A stretch of 63,896 nucleotides of DNA, counting the filler, from Lama guanicoe (lineage: Eukaryota), in assembly GCA_013239625.1 (NCBI GenBank). It is 174 parts of 174 records of this genome, joined end to end, with 100 filler letters (N's around TTAATTAATTAA, not from the genome) between each part and the next. Parts side by side here need not be neighbours in the genome. Positions count along the whole stretch, not along the records: positions 62,152 to 62,420 come from PNXV01051195.1; positions 62,521 to 62,789 come from PNXV01051196.1; positions 62,890 to 63,158 come from PNXV01051197.1; positions 63,259 to 63,527 come from PNXV01051198.1; positions 63,628 to 63,896 come from PNXV01051199.1; 169 more parts are not named here. One strand, 5' to 3'. This document shows positions 62,052 through 63,896 of the stretch, in pieces (within the stretch, counting starts at the first letter, position 1; each line of letters opens with the position of its first letter). Under the pieces are notes generated by a model that was not told where the DNA came from, made no database searches, and saw nothing but the letters and a program-made list of their open reading frames with translations. Position numbers and translations under genes: made by a program.

Positions 62052-62889
62052 NNNNNNNNNNNNNNNNNNNNNNNNNNNNNNNNNNNNNNNNNNNNTTAAT
62101 TAATTAANNNNNNNNNNNNNNNNNNNNNNNNNNNNNNNNNNNNNNNNNNNNTTAAAATGGCTTTTATCCTTAGACCTTAAACCGGACTGTGGGTCAGCCC
62201 CAGGGCATCGCTGATGGGCTTCCTGCCAGGATCAGGGATCGCCCTGGACCCAGACGGTCAACTACATCCCTTTAATGTGCAGTCTCAAAGGTCACCTGTG
62301 TCAGAATTACCTGAGCAAACAGTAAGACTCCTAACCCCTGCCCAGACCCCTTGATTCTGATGTTACCTAAGATTTGAGAAGTGTGGCTTTTCTGTTTATT
62401 GGACAAAAGGTTTTTGAAATNNNNNNNNNNNNNNNNNNNNNNNNNNNNNNNNNNNNNNNNNNNNTTAATTAATTAANNNNNNNNNNNNNNNNNNNNNNNN
62501 NNNNNNNNNNNNNNNNNNNNTCCTCCTTTACTGCTTTATTTTTTCCAGTTAACATAGTTATTTCATTTCCCTTAATTATTTTATTATCTGATACCCATAA
62601 TGAATATAAGTGTCATGAAGTTGGGTATTTTGATTTTTTTCCCTCCTAACTCCCAATTCCCACCCCATTGATTATTTTCCCAGTGCCTAGAAGAGTGTCA
62701 GCACATCATAGACACTCAATATATATGCATTTTTATTCAAATTACTCTAATTTCTCATAGTGCATTCACTCTACCTCTGAATTTGCAAANNNNNNNNNNN
62801 NNNNNNNNNNNNNNNNNNNNNNNNNNNNNNNNNTTAATTAATTAANNNNNNNNNNNNNNNNNNNNNNNNNNNNNNNNNNNNNNNNNNNN

Positions 62890-63158
62890 GCGAGAGAGAG
62901 CGGCCACGAGGTGCGGGGTTGTTAGGGTCTATGGGCTCAGTAATTTCACATGCTAATAGGCTGGAGGATTATTCCAACCACTTTGGGGGAGAGGCAAGGA
63001 TTTCCAGGAAAGTGCCCCCCTGTTTTGACCTTTTGTGGTCAGCCTAGGCACTGTCATGCGCCTGCGGGTGTGCCACGGGGCTCAAGGTCCACTGGAAGTC
63101 GCATCTTCCGCCATCTTGGTTCTAACCAGTTTGCCCTGTCCTCAGTGGCTGTATCCTT
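62890..63158 (-). mobile_element. ERV1-type LTR fragment
   Basis: gtaatttcacatgctaat.gg.tggaggattattccaac.a.tttgggg..gatttccaggaa...gaccttt..tggtcagcct.gg.actgtcatg, typical of artiodactyl ERV1 LTRs. Confidence 0.55.
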
Positions 63159-63896
63159 NNNNNNNNNNNNNNNNNNNNNNNNNNNNNNNNNNNNNNNNNN
63201 NNTTAATTAATTAANNNNNNNNNNNNNNNNNNNNNNNNNNNNNNNNNNNNNNNNNNNNAGGTGATCAAAGCACATCGAGGCCAGTCCAGGTTCAAGGGCG
63301 AGGAAAGTGTGCCTGGACGGGGATGGAAGGCGTCCCTGGTGGCCGTGTTCACAGGAACAGACGCTGTGGACGAAGCGGTTTCCCTTCAGAGGTGGGGAGA
63401 CACCTCAGGCCAGCCTGCTTTCCTGCCAGGTGCTTGTCTCTTGTTCTGTCACAGTCTGCAGCCCCTCATGGCTGCCGACAGTGGCGCAGACTGGCCTCAT
63501 CCCCTCCTCTTCATCCCCGTCTGTATGNNNNNNNNNNNNNNNNNNNNNNNNNNNNNNNNNNNNNNNNNNNNTTAATTAATTAANNNNNNNNNNNNNNNNN
63601 NNNNNNNNNNNNNNNNNNNNNNNNNNNCACACACATATACATATATATGAATACACACAGAGATATATGAAATGTATGAGAAATATATGAATATACAGAA
63701 AGAGATTATATTTTTATATTTTAGATTTTTATGGCTTTGCACTTACTATTCTGCTCAATTATTTATGATCAAGATTGTGCCTTGTTAGTACAACTAATAT
63801 AAAAACAATGTACTCATCTTTTACCTGGACTGGATCCTACTTGTCTGAATTTGGTAAGCCACATAGTTTATCCTTCAAGAAATGAATACCATCCAA

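Noticed and set aside
316..63583. Family of small ORFs sharing a C-terminal X(n)-LIN motif
   Set aside because: LIN* is the translation of TTAATTAATTAA reached by reading through Ns
268..63627. CRISPR-like array of identical palindromic repeats with uniform unique spacers
   Set aside because: The repeat is a 12-nt six-frame-stop linker embedded in N runs, the 'spacers' are ~268-bp mammalian contigs, and there are no cas genes; it is an assembly artefact

Overview
This window is not contiguous DNA. It is an artificial concatenation of 174 unrelated short contigs (265-269 bp, nearly all 267-268 bp, roughly sorted by increasing length). They are joined by 173 identical 100-bp spacers (N44-TTAATTAATTAA-N44; the 12-mer puts stop codons in all six frames). 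Adjacent fragments carry no synteny information, and every ORF ending in X-runs or 'LIN' is a spacer read-through artefact. The inserts are mammalian. tRNA-derived Vic-1-type SINEs and the L1 3' ends point to a camelid (camel/alpaca/llama). Most inserts are TE fragments (L1, MIR, L2, MaLR/ERVL/ERV1, Tigger1, hAT MITEs) or anonymous unique DNA. Recognisable gene-derived pieces are an OR8K-like olfactory receptor CDS fragment, a processed STXBP5 (tomosyn-1) pseudogene fragment, and the probable CpG-island first exon of RNF2, which contains an upstream ATG frame open to the splice donor. The most interesting sequence-level signals are a ~250-bp diverged satellite family found in four separate contigs, the RNF2 upstream ORF, and a nested palindrome with flip/flop 2-nt loops. 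I find no support for a novel multi-gene system; the layout of the window means none could be demonstrated here. Gene and TE family names are from recalled consensus/protein sequences, not database searches.
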